DNA of 64,000 bases, taken from NCBI RefSeq assembly GCF_030028105.1, contig NC_092386.1:35828347-35892346 (forward strand), read 5' to 3'. Below, one piece after another: positions 1 through 12,572 of this stretch. Made by a program: the position numbers and the translations under genes. How positions within the stretch are numbered: position 1 is the first letter of the stretch; each line of letters opens with the position of its first letter. The notes under the pieces were generated by a model, which saw only the letters and a list, made by a program, of their open reading frames with translations, was not told the DNA's origin and made no database searches. Source of the DNA: Mobula birostris (taxonomy: Eukaryota).

Positions 1-54
1 TATAAATATTTTCACGACACTTCCCGAACTCCCCCCCCCCGCCACCCCCCGCAA

Positions 55-140
55 CCATTGATGCTGCTTGACCTACTGAATTACCTCAGCAAATGTATTC
101 TTTAGTTCATATTCCAGCAGCTGTGGTCTCTCTTGGGTCT
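55..140 (+). repeat. Degenerate 3' part of the Penelope-type pseudo-LTR repeat
   Basis: gatgctgcttgacctactgaattacctcagca...ttccagcagctgtggtctct resembles the tail of the copy at 5245-5327. Confidence 0.5.
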
Positions 141-1485
141 CCAATCTCATATATCTACTCAGCAGACCTCAGGGATTTACCCTTTAACTTGGACTTAAAA
201 ATAACTTCTGATGGACTGCTAAATGCCAAATCTAATAAATAGCAACTGACCGCAGGCCATGCTAAGGTGCAGTCACTGATTACCTCATTGAAATTGCTTG
301 AACTTTCACCTCCTCCTTTCAGGAGCTGTTGGTTGTCTATCTTACTTTTGGGATATTCTAATTCCCTGTTGATCCCTCACTTGCCTAAACCATTCTCTAT
401 CCTCATGTTCTCCTTTTCAATGGGTGCCCAGAGCATTTCTCAAATATTGCCTTGTTGGCCTAATTTAGGTAGGAATTATTTTTAGTACAATCTGTTTTTT
501 TATTTCCACACTCTTAGGGATAACATTACATTTTTCACAATAAGGTATTGTTGGGCCGAATTTAATCTTTCTGAAATGTTTCAAGCATTCTTTGTTCCAC
601 TGCTTCTTTTCCTTCCACTCAATCTGATTTATTTTTGAGAATTTCAGGGATATTACAACAGATGTTATGTAGTATAAGTGTTGGACAATTTTCTCACTAA
701 AATTAATGAATACATCAATAACAAAACTACCACACTCTGAAGGCCACAGACAAAGTGGAATATGCAAATATTGTTCCAATATTATGATCTTACATAGTTT
801 TATTTTGGTATGTAATGCAAGAAATCCAAATATATTCTCTAATTAAATAGTATAACTAATTCTAGCAAGCTTTACATCAAGATGGAACAAAGAAGCTGTT
901 AGTAACCTTGAACTAATTTTCCGTTAGGATCCATTTATTCTTTCCAATAAAGAGGGAGTGCAAGATTCTATTTAACTAACTGAGACACTTAAAATGCGAT
1001 TTGAGGTGTAGTTCCAATGTTTATAATTGCACTTTTTTCCTCATAAACTGTTGTCCTGGTAATCCCATGTGTCCAATGGACATTGCTGTTTTACAACTAT
1101 TTCCATTTCATGAAATTGAATTCAATGTAACTGTTCAGTGCCTATCCCCACATCTCTGAGAAAAGATCAAACATGTATTGTGCTTAAAGAGGGAAGAGTA
1201 CAGTGGCTAGCATAGACTGGGAACACAAAGGAGGACTTTCAAACAGATTTTTCACAATGCTCAACAAAAGTATATTCCAATTAAAAGCAAAGACAGTAAG
1301 GGTGGGAAAAGCTAACCTTGGATAACTAAAAAGTGGTGTCAAACTAAAAGCTCTTGCATGCAAAGGCACCAAGAGTCGAGGGAAGCTGAAAGAGTGGGAA
1401 GATTTTTAAAACCAACAAAAACATTGAATAAGCAATGTAACCTAGCACAAAATATAAAAACAGATAGTAAAAGCTTATATAATTA

Positions 1486-2579
1486 CAATGGGTTCCAGTT
1501 AGTTCTGCCATCAGATAATCAAGGCTGCCACTTATTTGGGACAACTCTTAAAAAGTAAAAACTAATCAAGAAAATATCCAGAATATCCTTAGTTTATTTG
1601 GTACACAGCACTGCTTAATGGGGACAATAGCCAAACTGTTTCTAACTACTGTCAGTCACATGCACTTGTGTGGCCATTATACACTACACTGTGCTTAGAG
1701 CGAGAAGTTTTTAATAGTGTTATTTGCATGTGTTTCCATTCAAAGAGACAGTGACTTTTGTCACTGATAGTTGTCAAGAAATAAGCAGTATGACAATTCA
1801 AAACTGTTTTGCTCACTGCGATTTCAAGCAATCAGACTTGGAAATGCCAGAAATGGCCAGGTGTGAAAATGAAACGATTTCACTACATCATCAAGTTAGA
1901 AACTACAAAGAATTTGAAGGTATTAACAACCATTTTGAATATTACCCTTTGGTTCCCACTGAACATACAACTCTCACCTGTGGCTCCAATTAGCTGTTTG
2001 CATGTGACAATGGCCACACCCCAGTACATCACTTCGACAAGTGGGCTAAACCAGGTGAGGGTAGCTGGCAGGTCTCATACCCCGGAGGGATAACGACATG
2101 CCAGTCCTAGTATGTAAAGTCAGCTCAGGTGAACTGGGTGGATGAGATCTACAGTGAGATCCGACTGTCAGGAATGGAGTTCTGCTGTATTACATGGAGA
2201 GCAGAGAGCATGATAAGGCACTGAAGAAACCATGGTCATCAACTGCAACCAGGGAAACCCCCATTTGAGACGTCTACTTCTACCATTGGACCAGACCTCT
2301 GAGACTGAGAGAGTGGAGCTGACCCAATGCTATGGCTTTCCCACTTTAAAAACTCTCCCAGAAAGGTTTCCTGTCATCATCGGATATGACAGACAACCAC
2401 CAGTAGTATTAATAGTGTTCTGATTTGTTTTGTATTTCATTTAAATACATAATTTGTTACTCAGTTAAATGCTGGTTTGATTTTTCAATACCTTTTTAAT
2501 ACTTCCATAAAACTTCTGCTATTTGGGCTAAGAACAATTAGCCTAAAATGTACTAGTCCCGATGTGTCCCAATTAACTG
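1486..2579 (+). mobile_element. Non-autonomous Tigger/pogo-derived DNA transposon, copy 1
   Basis: TA at 1484-1485 and 2580-2581. Degenerate TIRs caatgggttccagtt / ccaattaactg. Remnant TFVTDSCQEISSMTIQNCFAHCDFK resembles the pogo/TIGD transposase C-terminus. Homologous to 11439-12572. Confidence 0.75.
1946..2400 (+). mobile_element. Non-autonomous RTE-type (SINE-like) insertion inside Tigger copy 1
   Basis: GC-richer block absent from the matching position of copy 2. Its 3' part (atggctttcccactttaaaaactctccca...tcctgtcatcatc) matches 11941-11990. The RTE assignment is inferred from the 3' end. Confidence 0.6.
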
Positions 2580-2773
2580 TATATGAAATGGAAAAGGGTG
2601 ACAAAAGTGAACCACCTCGGACGATGAAAAGGGAAATGAGTATTGATTAATGTGGAAATAGCTAAGGCCTTGGACAGCTAAAAATATTTGGCAGACTTTC
2701 TTAGCCCCATCAATGTCTTAGCCGGTAATGTTTATAATCCTCACACTATACCTGGGAAAGTCTTTCCTTAGAT

Positions 2774-3604
2774 TGTTATGTACCCCGTAACTGGGTTGTC
2801 AAACCAGCAGAAATGGACCACTTAGTTGGAGTCTGGTTTAACAGAAACTAATAAAGTTTTATTAAAGAAATAAGTAACACAGTACTCTAATTGTAAGGAT
2901 GTAAATGCAACAAGTTAGCAATGATAATACACACGTGTACACAGAACTAGGGTAATAGGAATCAAACAAGCTCTATCACAGTCTAGGGGTAAAATGATCA
3001 GTCTCAAGTGATGCAGAGTTCATTTCAGCTTAGTACAGTTCGCGGTAATCGCTGTTGTGCCGTTGGAGAGAGAGAGGGAATGCAAATTTTGATTCAAACA
3101 GACCTTTGATGTTCTTCGCAGTTAGCTTTCGGGCGAACCCTTTTATGTCTTCTGTAGTCACCGACTGTGACCCCTCCATTCCGGATACAACAGTTCTTCT
3201 GCGGTGAACCCGGCACCCAGGCAAGGGCGGACACACACACCAGGTTCCCGCCGATCGTCCCTTTTCACCCTGTCAGTCTATGGTTGGTTCCCTCAAACCA
3301 GACCTCCAACACTCACCAACTTGTGGGGGCACACCGCTCTTCCAGGGTCTCGTTATCCTGTGATCTCATGGTGTGTGTCGTGCCTTAGCCAACCTGTTCT
3401 TTTTATCCCACTGCTGGGGTATCGCCTGTCCATCAAACTTCAAACAGTTCAGGTTCAAAGCAACCGGTCTGTAAATATTCTGAAGTGTGTTTCTTTCTCG
3501 TTAATCTCTCTGTTCTCTCTTATTAGCATTTTGAATGTTTCTCCATTGTCTCTCTTATCTCTCTCATCAGCATCAATCTTCTGATAACTTGGTTTGTCAT
3601 CACA
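2774..3604 (-). mobile_element. Solo LTR (831 bp), probably Ty3/Gypsy
   Basis: Termini TGTTATG...CATCACA (imperfect inverted repeat). 4-bp TSD AGAT at 2770-2773 and 3605-3608. Minus-strand AATAAA near 2858. CpG-rich relative to flanks. Confidence 0.85.
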
Positions 3605-4139
3605 AGATACACACAGTGTCTTGTATATATCATGGTGTAAGGCTAGCTATTGTGAACTCCTCGTATTTTGTATTCTACTTCTGAGATTTAGACCTATTAA
3701 ATATAATGGGTAAGACTTTTGGAAGCAGGATGCAATGTGCAGCAATTACCACATTGTTCATTATAATTTCTATCTCAGAATGTTTTAGTGTTGTTACAGC
3801 AGCAAAGAAGATTTGTGCTGATAATTCATTATCAGCTGAGGACTGGATAAAACTTTACACAGAGTTATTTCAGATCTTTTTCCCTTTTTCCTCACTTCTC
3901 CCTCACACTGTATATTGTGGTTACTTTCACGCCAGCTATGTTCTCCCTCTATCTAATTATCTTTACCTCTACCTCTACCTCTATCACTAATCACTAACAC
4001 TAATCCTCTTTCTACTTCTAAACTACTTTTGCTCTCATTAATGGTCAGCAGAAGTCACTGAATGTTATGGAATGTCTACTTCATTCTGCTTATTGTAACC
4101 TTAGTTCAATTGGCAGTGCTTACTTTAATTTACTTTTTA

Positions 4140-4700
4140 ATAGGACGTGGGAATTACAATTCATTCTCCAATCACTGTAAAAAGATGTTGGACAATATTC
4201 CTTGATCCGCTTTGGTTCCCATGGTGGGATCCAAGTGTAATAGAGAATTTAGGCTATTAGCCCAAAGAGAATGAAGACATGCCAATAAATTTCCTGAGCA
4301 ATATGGGGCAGCTTTGTGGGTGGGATAGGAGAATACTTCTGTTGAGGACATTTTCACAAAAATTGTTTATGTTTTTCAACTGACAGATTCTATTGGAAGG
4401 AGATGCATTGGAAGTATTTGTACAGTATATCAGTGTAAGAATCCCTTTTGAGGTCCAGATGATACTACCTTGGTATGTTGTTGCACAAGACACTGCTACT
4501 TAAATGAGAGTTTTTCTTTTGCATAAATGCTATTCTATGACTTGGCTCAGTTTACTTGCTTACTTAGGGAACACCATGATAGAGCCTATAGACACCTCAC
4601 AGTATTCTTGGTCAGTAGTACAGCAGGCTGGATTCTTCAGCTGGATATTCACTCCTGTCATAGGCTCAATATAAATGAATTGTTCTTCACCAATCTAAGA
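4140..4700 (-). pseudogene. Possible very decayed Penelope-like reverse transcriptase remnant
   Basis: Minus strand gives MGTKADQGILSNIFLQ*LE, similar to the PLE RT motif MGxxxxPxxANIFMxxLE, with a weak PADK-like segment upstream. Confidence 0.3.
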
Positions 4701-5185
4701 TGGATGGAATAGTTCCATCATTTTCTGAACTGATAGCATAATTTAAGTTACATTGAAGAAACGTTGCATTATTGAAAGTTGTATTCTTTAATACAAGTCC
4801 ATGATAAATACAGAAAAAGGGTGGCTTACCAATTTAATTTAACATTCTAAGGTTTATTGACTCATCACTCTGTCAGTATGTCCATTCCAAGTGTCATTCA
4901 GTGTGATGAAGAAACTCCTGCTATTAATCCTGGAATAATGCTTTGCTAATTTGAATTGTATTCCTTACCGCAACAATAAGTGGATGCTTGTGATTGCACT
5001 CTTGAAGGACTGGATTAAATGATTTGATCTAAACCTATATACAGTAGTTTTAATCAAACTCTAAATAAATATGTGGAAGCATCAAGTATCTTCCATCACT
5101 CCAAGTTTTGGTTCAAGCAGTATTTCATTTATAGTCACAATAAACATAAATACTTCTTGTCAATAAAACCAACTCTGATTCAATG

Positions 5186-5327
5186 ATTATTCAGTCCTGA
5201 TGAAGCATCTCAGCCTAAAACGTTGATTGTTTACCTTTTTCCGTAGATGCTGCCTGGCCTGCTGAGTTCCTCCAGCATCTTGCGTGTGTTGCTTTGGATT
5301 TCCAGTATCTGCAGATTTTCTCATGTT
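5186..5327 (+). mobile_element. Penelope-type pseudo-LTR fragment with decayed minimal hammerhead ribozyme
   Basis: 12-bp TSD tctgattcaatg (5174-5185, 5328-5339). Core cagtc-CTGATGA-agcatctcagcct-AAAAC-GTT-gattg at 5192-5229. Confidence 0.8.
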
Positions 5328-6036
5328 TCTGATTCAATGCATCAAGATTAAAACTTTTTTTAAAAAATTGCAGTGTAGTTTTCCACCCACACCACATAAC
5401 CCCACCTCCCTACCTCTCTTCCAACCCCAGGCTTTCTATAGAAGTCAGTTATACAAATGATGGAAAGTTAAGATGCCAAACTATGTTAACAATGGCTCTG
5501 AGTGGCAGCCTAGTCATTTAGTGGAGTTTTGTCAGCAATTACACAGACACTGCCTGCAATCTCTTACTGCATAATTTACCTAATGATTCTGGTATACTGC
5601 AGCTTAAGTGATAATACCTAAAATCTCAGAGTGTTTGTGTTTAAACCTCTCACTTTTTTTTCCAAAGATTAAGTTACTTTGATACATACGTATGCGGAGA
5701 AAAAAAAAATTGCTTAGCACTGAAACAAGCCATATGTTTGGAGCAAATTATTTTTTGGCACTGAATATGCCTTGTAGTTTACAATTACACCAGAAGTGGA
5801 TGAAAAGTATTAGAACTGAAGCATTGTCCAGAGGTCATTAATCTAAACTAATCAAAATGTCTTCAGTTCAATCTGGCCAGACCTTAACTGAATTCTTCTT
5901 GTCTCATTATTGAATAAGACTAAATGTATTTGCAAAAATGTGACACATTGCAGTCACCTCTCTCCAGTTCCTATCCAGCAAACAGACTCCCTCTCATTTA
6001 TAATATTTCTTGTTGCAACTAAAAGTACTCCAGCTG

Positions 6037-6320
6037 CAAAGTACATTTATTATCAAAGTCTCTTACAGACAGCCACAAAACAAGAAACCCAAAAGAACCC
6101 ATCAAAAAAAATTCCGATGTGCAGAAAGAGGGTAAAAAAAAAACAAATTGTGCAAACAATAATAGCAAGTAAACAGCATTCTGAACACGAAGCCTGTAAC
6201 AGCTGGAGCAGGCTCCCAGACTCAGCCTCAGTTCATCACCCAGCGGAGCAAAATGTCTCGTCTCTCTGACGTGAAGCCCAGAGCAGCCGAAGCAAGCCCA
6301 TGGCCTCAGAGCAAATTTTA
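6037..6320 (-). repeat. 3' end of a Rex1/Babar-related repeat
   Basis: caaagtacatttattatcaaag is the reverse of the ctttgataataaa...ctttg tail seen near 46300 and 49165. Confidence 0.5.
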
Positions 6321-6364
6321 CGGCTCTGTTTTACTAAGAATACTGAGATCATATGCCTTTCCTA

Positions 6365-7200
6365 GAGTTACAGAAACATGCTGATCATTGTACTTAGCTC
6401 TACTTGTTCGATTTACATACATTTGGCTCCAAGCACTCTATGCTTCAGTGATTCATGTGCTTATCTAGATATTTCTTAAAGGTTGTGAGGTTACTTGCCT
6501 GCACCACCTTCTCAATCAGCCCAATCTAGATTCCATTCACTTTCCGTATATAAAAAAAACATTCTCCCTTAGATACCCTCTAAACATCCTATCTCCTGTA
6601 TTATACATAGGTCTTCTTATGTTATTCTCCCAACATGGGAAAAGGAGTCTTATTATCAAGTCTATCTATCCCCCTTATAATGTATATATCTTTATAAAGT
6701 CATGCCTCAACCTCCTTCACTCTGAGGAAAACAAACCTAGTCTTCTTGAAACTGAAATGTTTCAATGCAGGCAAGCTCCTGGTAGCTTTCCTCTGCACCC
6801 TGTCTATCACAATGACATTATCCCTATAGTGCAGTGACCAAAAGTGAGCACAGTACTCCAGGTATGGCCTAATCAATATTGTATGAAGTTATGACATGGC
6901 ATCCCTGCTCTGATATTCTCTGCCATTGCCGATGAAGGAAGGCAACTCATGTGCCTTCCTCATCTCAACTGTGCTTCCCACTTTCAGGGATCTACGCATT
7001 TGTCCTCAATGTCCCTTGAGTCACGAGTACTGCATAGAGCCCTACTGCTTACTGTATATGCTCTAGTTTCCAGCTGCCATTGCTCCACACAACTTTTCTG
7101 CAGGTCGATGTCACACTCTAACCGAGAACAGGCCTCATCACTTTCTACAACACAACAAATTTCAATGTCAACTGGAAACTTGTTTATCCTTTTGGACCAG
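6365..7200 (-). mobile_element. Decayed CR1 LINE 3' portion
   Basis: Reverse-strand similarity to the ORF2 end and 3' UTR of the CR1 at 40200-40835 (e.g. cacagtactccaggtatggcctaatc versus ttaggccacacttggagtac). Confidence 0.6.
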
Positions 7201-8550
7201 CCTACTCTGTTGTCAAAAGACTTACAAAAATCTATGTCGATAACCTTTACAACACTGTCTTCCTTAGGTACTGTACCTCTTCTGCCTTAACTACCTCAGC
7301 CCTTTTAAGCATCACATAGTCTTCAGATCATAAAAAATATTAAGATCGGAGTTCCATTAACATCATTTTCAGATTATTGATGTGGCAAAACAATGGACAT
7401 TGGCACTCCACCATAGAATATTAATAGCATTTACACAATGTATAAACATAATTCTTGATGTGCTGTGTAATTCCCATGCAATTCCCAATGCAGTGATGCT
7501 CTCCGTTCTTTGAGTTAAAGTTTTGATAATGTTCCTTTTATATATAAAGAAAACACATATAATTTAAACAGCAAAGAAGTTATCAGTACTTTTCCTATGT
7601 TGTGTGAAACCATGTCCTTACTAATGAATGCTCCTGGTATTGTTCACTTTAGCTGTTTGCCTTTATTTTATGGTGTGAATCAGCACTTCATACATGGAAT
7701 AGAACTCTGCATTGAAGAAATTCTATTTTATTTTTCTTTAGAAGATAAAATGAATAATGCTACTTGATGTCTTAGAGATATCAAAGTCAAGGAGGATTTA
7801 AAAAGAAGGTAATCATTACAAATGTCAAAGATTATAGAATGTTCAGGGAAGTTTGAATTGACAGGAAACTACAGTCTACAAACTAAAATGTCAAGGACAC
7901 CTGGAAAGTTAAAGAGGTTGTTACGGAGGGAAGTGAGAATCTTGAGAATTAACTCCTTTGATAAGATGATTTTAATATGAAAAAGTCAAAGTTATCACCA
8001 GAACCACCAAGCCAAAAATAAAATGAAGACCGATATGATGAGGATATAGAAATTATATCCCACAGTTCTATGTTTATTGGCCATATGAAGCGAAGACCTG
8101 GGTTGGTTAAGGGTCTCTGTTGCAAACAGGTTTCAGTTGTGCCTAAGGGGGCATTGTACATTTCTTGCAGTGAAGATGAGCTGCCTGAACCTGAGGCTGT
8201 GTCAGGGGTTCAGGAAGGCAAGAAAGAAAGCCAGCAGTTGTAGACCTAATCATGCCATTGTGCTGGGTATCCAAGAGGGAATGTTGGAGAGTTAAAGTTG
8301 GGTACCTTCAAAATATGTATGAACCCAACCCTACTGGTGTGTAGTTGATATTACCAAGACAGAACTGAAAGGACCAAGGACTGGACATCACAGGACTCTG
8401 AAGTTAAGCATTTTGAACTGGAAAGATAATCTATTGTTTGGGACTACATTAAGCTATTTTACCATGTTGAGAAGTCGAGGAGAGTTTTAATTTGATGTAG
8501 AACATGCAAACTCCACATGCTCAGCATCAGAGGTTAAGAATAAAATCAGG

Positions 8551-10615
8551 TTGTCAGTGTTGTGGCTCGACCTGGTGAATGCATATGGCTCCATTCCGCA
8601 CAAGCTGGTGCAGCTCACACTAACCAAATATCAGTCCCCAGCAGAATCAGAGACCTTATCGCTGATTATTACAGCAACTTCAGGATGAGGGTCTCTTCAG
8701 GAGCAATTACATCAACCTGGCACAAGGTGGAGGTCGGCATCATCACAGGGTGCACTATCTCAGTGGCACTGTTTTCCCTAGCCATGAACATGCTCACTAA
8801 GTCTGTTGAACCAGAGTGCAGAGGGTCCAGAATGAATTCCGCTCAACAGCAACCACCTATCAGGGCATTCATGGATGACCTCACAGTCACCACAGAATCA
8901 GTCCCAGGCTGCCGGAGGATTCTGCAAGGACTTAAAAAGCTGGTGGAGTGGGCCCGGATGCGTTTCAAACCTGCCAAATCAAGATCGATGGTGCTGAGGA
9001 AAGGGAAGGCAGAGAACAAGTTCCGGTTCAGCATCGCAAGCACAGCCATCCCAACCATCACAGAAAAGCCAGTCAAGAGCTTAGGCAAAGTTTTTGACAG
9101 CTCTTTAAGGGACAGAACATCCATTCAGGCAACCCGCACTGAATTGGATGGCTGGCTGAAATCTGTGGAAAAGTCTGGCCTACCTGGGAAGTTTAAAGCT
9201 TGGGTGTATCAGCTTGGCATTCTTCCCAGAATCCTGTGGCCCCTCCTCGTCTATGCAGTTCTGATCTCGACAGTCGAAACCTTAGAGAGGAGGGTTAGCA
9301 ACCACCTCAGGAGATGGCTGGGGCTGCCAAAGAGCCTGAGCAGCATCGCACTCTATGGACACCACAATAAACTGCAACTGCCCTTCAGATCCTTGGAGGA
9401 AGAATTCAAGGTAACAAGAGCCAGAGAAGTGCTACAGTATAGGGACTCAAGTGACCCAAAGGTGGCTAGAGCAGGGATCCAAGTGAGGACTGGCAGGAAG
9501 TGGAGGGCAGAGGAAGCTGTTCAGGAGGCAGAGGTGAGGCTGCGTCACAGGAGGCTGGTGGGAGTGGTCACACAAGGCTGAGCTGGGCTAGGATCCTTTC
9601 CAACTCCCCAAATGGACACCAGAGGGAAGGAAAGGCGTTGTCTAGTTCAGGAGGAGGTGAGGGCAGTAGTGGAGGAGATGAGAGCCTGCAAGGCGGTGGG
9701 AATGAAGCAACAGGGAGCTTGGACAAGATGGGAGAATGCGGTTGAGAGGAAAGTGGCCTGGGCTGATCTTTGGAAAACCGAACCACACCGCATCCAATTT
9801 CTCATCCAGGCAGTGTATGATGTGCTTCTAAGCCCATCAAACTTGCACACATGGGGCAAGGCAGAGTCATCTGTGTGCCCACTGTGCTCCAAGCAAGGAA
9901 CCCTGGAGCACATCCTCAGCGGCTGCGCAAGGGCACTTGGTGAGGGACAGTACAGGTGGAAGCGGTCCCAACCCTCCAAGCAGACCATTGCCTTTGTCAG
10001 AGCTGGGGAGCAGCCAATACCTGCCAAAAGGACATATGCAGGCATTCTGACCTCTGCAAGGGTCTGGCAGCTGTTGGTGGACCTCGAACGGCAGCTGAAG
10101 TTCCCCAACCATATCGCAGCCACCACCCTGCGACCAGACATTGTCCTAGTGTCTGAGTCTACTAAGTAAGTGGTGCTGCTGGAGCTGACAGTCCCATGGG
10201 AAGATAGCTTGGAAGAGGCCTTTGAAAGGAAGCTCTCCAAGTACGCAGGACTGGTCAGCAACTGTCAGCAGGCTGGATGGAGAGCGAGGTGTCTCCCAGT
10301 GGAGGTTGGTTTTAGGGGATTCGTAGCCCATTCTTTAGTTAGAGCCTTCAGCATTTTGGGCATCGAGGGAGAGAGGAAGAGAAGAGCCATCCGCAGTACC
10401 ACCGATGTGGCAGAGAGGGCCTCAAGATGGCTGTGGCTCAAAAGAGGGGAGCCACTGAGTCATAAGTAGCTAGCCATCTGGACACAAGCTGCGGTCTGAT
10501 CAGCCCCGGCTGGGTCACCTGGAGGAGGTTGTATGATGTTGAAAGACCCGAAACACCCGACAATTCCAGGAACATCACTGAAGATGTGTCCAGAAGCATC
10601 AATAGATGTATGTAC
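8551..10615 (+). mobile_element. 5'-truncated non-LTR retrotransposon with restriction-like endonuclease (HERO-like, R2/NeSL group)
   Basis: RT motifs WLDLVNAYGSIPHKL, GIITGCTIS, AFMDDL. CCHC finger CPLC..HILSGC. RLE motif RPDIV...ELTVPWE...ERKLSKY. In-frame stops at 9579 and 10167, a frameshift near 8625, and loss of the RHx motif after QYRW. Confidence 0.9.
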
Positions 10616-11438
10616 ACAGGAGTCACTTATGAAGAAACGAATGCTCGATGAATTTATCAGGGTTTTTTCAGGATCAGTTAAAAATAGCTTAGATCATTTG
10701 CTGCCCCTTAAGAAATAAAGTTACACACTTCCTCCCAAGGCATCCCAATAAGCTACTGAGTTTACAATGCACACCCAAATCTATTTACCACATTCACTGA
10801 TCTGCTAACATGACCATGCCATTATCTCCAATTGGCAGACGAAAACCCTCCAATTATTGATCACCTCCCCTAAACATCAACTAGTCACTCCTCCCAAATA
10901 TCATTCCAAACCCACAAATTCCCAACAGTCAACCTTCAACACAACTCAAATAATATCTTTGGTCAACCGTTTTAAAGTCCCATCTTTAACATCCTTACTT
11001 ACAGATCACAGCACCAAGCAACTTATCTATTAATTGCAGCCTTTCATAGCCCTACCATCCATTCCCTCTTATGACATCTCACTCAGAGACTCCTCCATAT
11101 ATTCTGTTCCACAGATTGCTCCCCCACTTTATTCTCCTGAATTACTTGACCTCAGAGGTAACTGATTTCTTTCTTATACAATGGCTGCAGAACTTTTCAT
11201 GTGAACACTTCAACAAAATATTTATTCTCCATTGCAATCCAATGTAAATAGCCATCTTTCAGCTTCAAGCCATCTAACTCTCCGCTCTACCAACTGCCAA
11301 TAATTTCTAAGATGAAAGTAGTCATAATTAACAATGGAAAAATTTATGTTTCCTGGACTACAAACAAGATGTACCAATTACATATTTTGTCAAACACATA
11401 AAACATTTCTATTTTGTCTGATGATGTAAAACAATACA

Positions 11439-12572
11439 CAGTAGATTCTGGTTAACAGGGACACATTGGGGACAGTACATTTTGGCCCAATGAAGCGGCA
11501 GTCCCAATTAGCCAAAGATTCATGGAAATAGTTAAAAAGTTATAAAAAAAGACAAACTAATGTTTAACTGAGCAATAATTTATGTACTTAAATGAAATAC
11601 AGAACTAATTAGAACACTAACAGTACCTCTACAGTACTATAAAATTGTGCACTATTTTCTAATAGTTATCAAAGGAGAATTCATCCAGCATATGCAGCCA
11701 TGTTCTTTTGATTGTTTGTAAATGAAGTAATCTCCGGCAGATAGGGTGGATAAGATCACCAGTGAGATCCAACAGCCAGGAGTGTGATTCTGCAATGCTC
11801 CAAGGGGAGCAAAGTGTATGACAAGGCATAAAAGAACTCACTGTCATCCACTGCAACCAAGGAAGAACCCAGCTGTGACTACTACACATACCACTGGACA
11901 TGGACTTCCATGGTCAAGAGAGTGGAACTGCTTCAGCGCGATGGCTTTTCCACTTTAAAAACTCTCCCACACGGCTTTTCCTGTCATCATCAGAAGCGAC
12001 GGACAGCCAGCTTCAAATGAACAAAATCAGCAAAGACACCTAATGCAGATACTGGTCTGCCTGCACACAATGCATTCGACAATTTCATCCTCAAAATCTT
12101 CATTTTCATTTTAACGTTCAGGATAATTGTTGATATCATCAAATTCTTTATAGCCCCTAACTTGTTGAAGTAGTAAAACCGTTATATTTCACCCCTGTCC
12201 GTTTCTCTCATCTCCAAGCCCGAATGCTTAAATTGTGGTGAGCAAAAGAGTTCTGAATTGTCTTACTGCTTATTTCGCGCCTACAACCAATAACAAAAAT
12301 CATTGCTTTTTGAACACAAAGACATGCAGTTGACACTTTAAAAACTGTTCACTTTAAGTATGATGTGGGGTCTAATGGCCACAGAAATATACACAAATGA
12401 TGCTAGTTAGAAACTATTCAGCAACAATCTCCTATCCCAATTAAGCATCAGTCTCCCAAATAACCAAAAAAAAATCCTGGCTATTTTCTCTATTTGTTTT
12501 TGTTCTTCAAGAGTTGTCCCAAATAAGTGGCTGCCCCAATTAACTGATGGCTCAACTAACAGGAATCCAAGG
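11439..12572 (-). mobile_element. Non-autonomous Tigger/pogo-derived DNA transposon, copy 2
   Basis: TIRs cagtagattctggtta / taacaggaatccaagg followed by TA. Reverse-complement homology to 1486-2579 along its length. Confidence 0.75.
11727..12014 (+). mobile_element. 5'-truncated RTE-type SINE-like insertion inside Tigger copy 2
   Basis: 7-bp TSD aaatgaa (11720-11726, 12015-12021). Homologous to about 2120-2400. Confidence 0.7.

Larger units (their letters stand above)
1150..2690 (+). mobile_element. Old CR1 LINE ORF2 fragment, split by the Tigger-like element at 1486-2579
   Basis: Removing 1486-2579 and one TA rejoins NIKTDSKSLYNY-MKWKRVTKVN, typical of the CR1 ORF2 linker between APE and RT. 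Outer boundaries are approximate. Confidence 0.6.

Noticed and set aside
465-779. 104-aa minus-strand ORF with CEKCNVIPKSVEIK, reminiscent of a Penelope N-terminal motif
   Set aside because: Single short motif, non-ATG start and no supporting domains; too weak to call.
7760-8540. Purine-rich stretch resembling a very old CR1
   Set aside because: Only fragmentary motif resemblance; boundaries and identity not supportable.
10545-10590. GAAAC and CTGAAGA words in the HERO-like 3' UTR as a hammerhead
   Set aside because: No stem II pairing next to the core and no UH site with stems I and III in the right order.
1486-12572. Two inverted Tigger copies as a composite transposon or inversion boundary
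   Set aside because: The CR1 on both sides of copy 1 is collinear, so copy 1 inserted alone and no rearrangement is evident.
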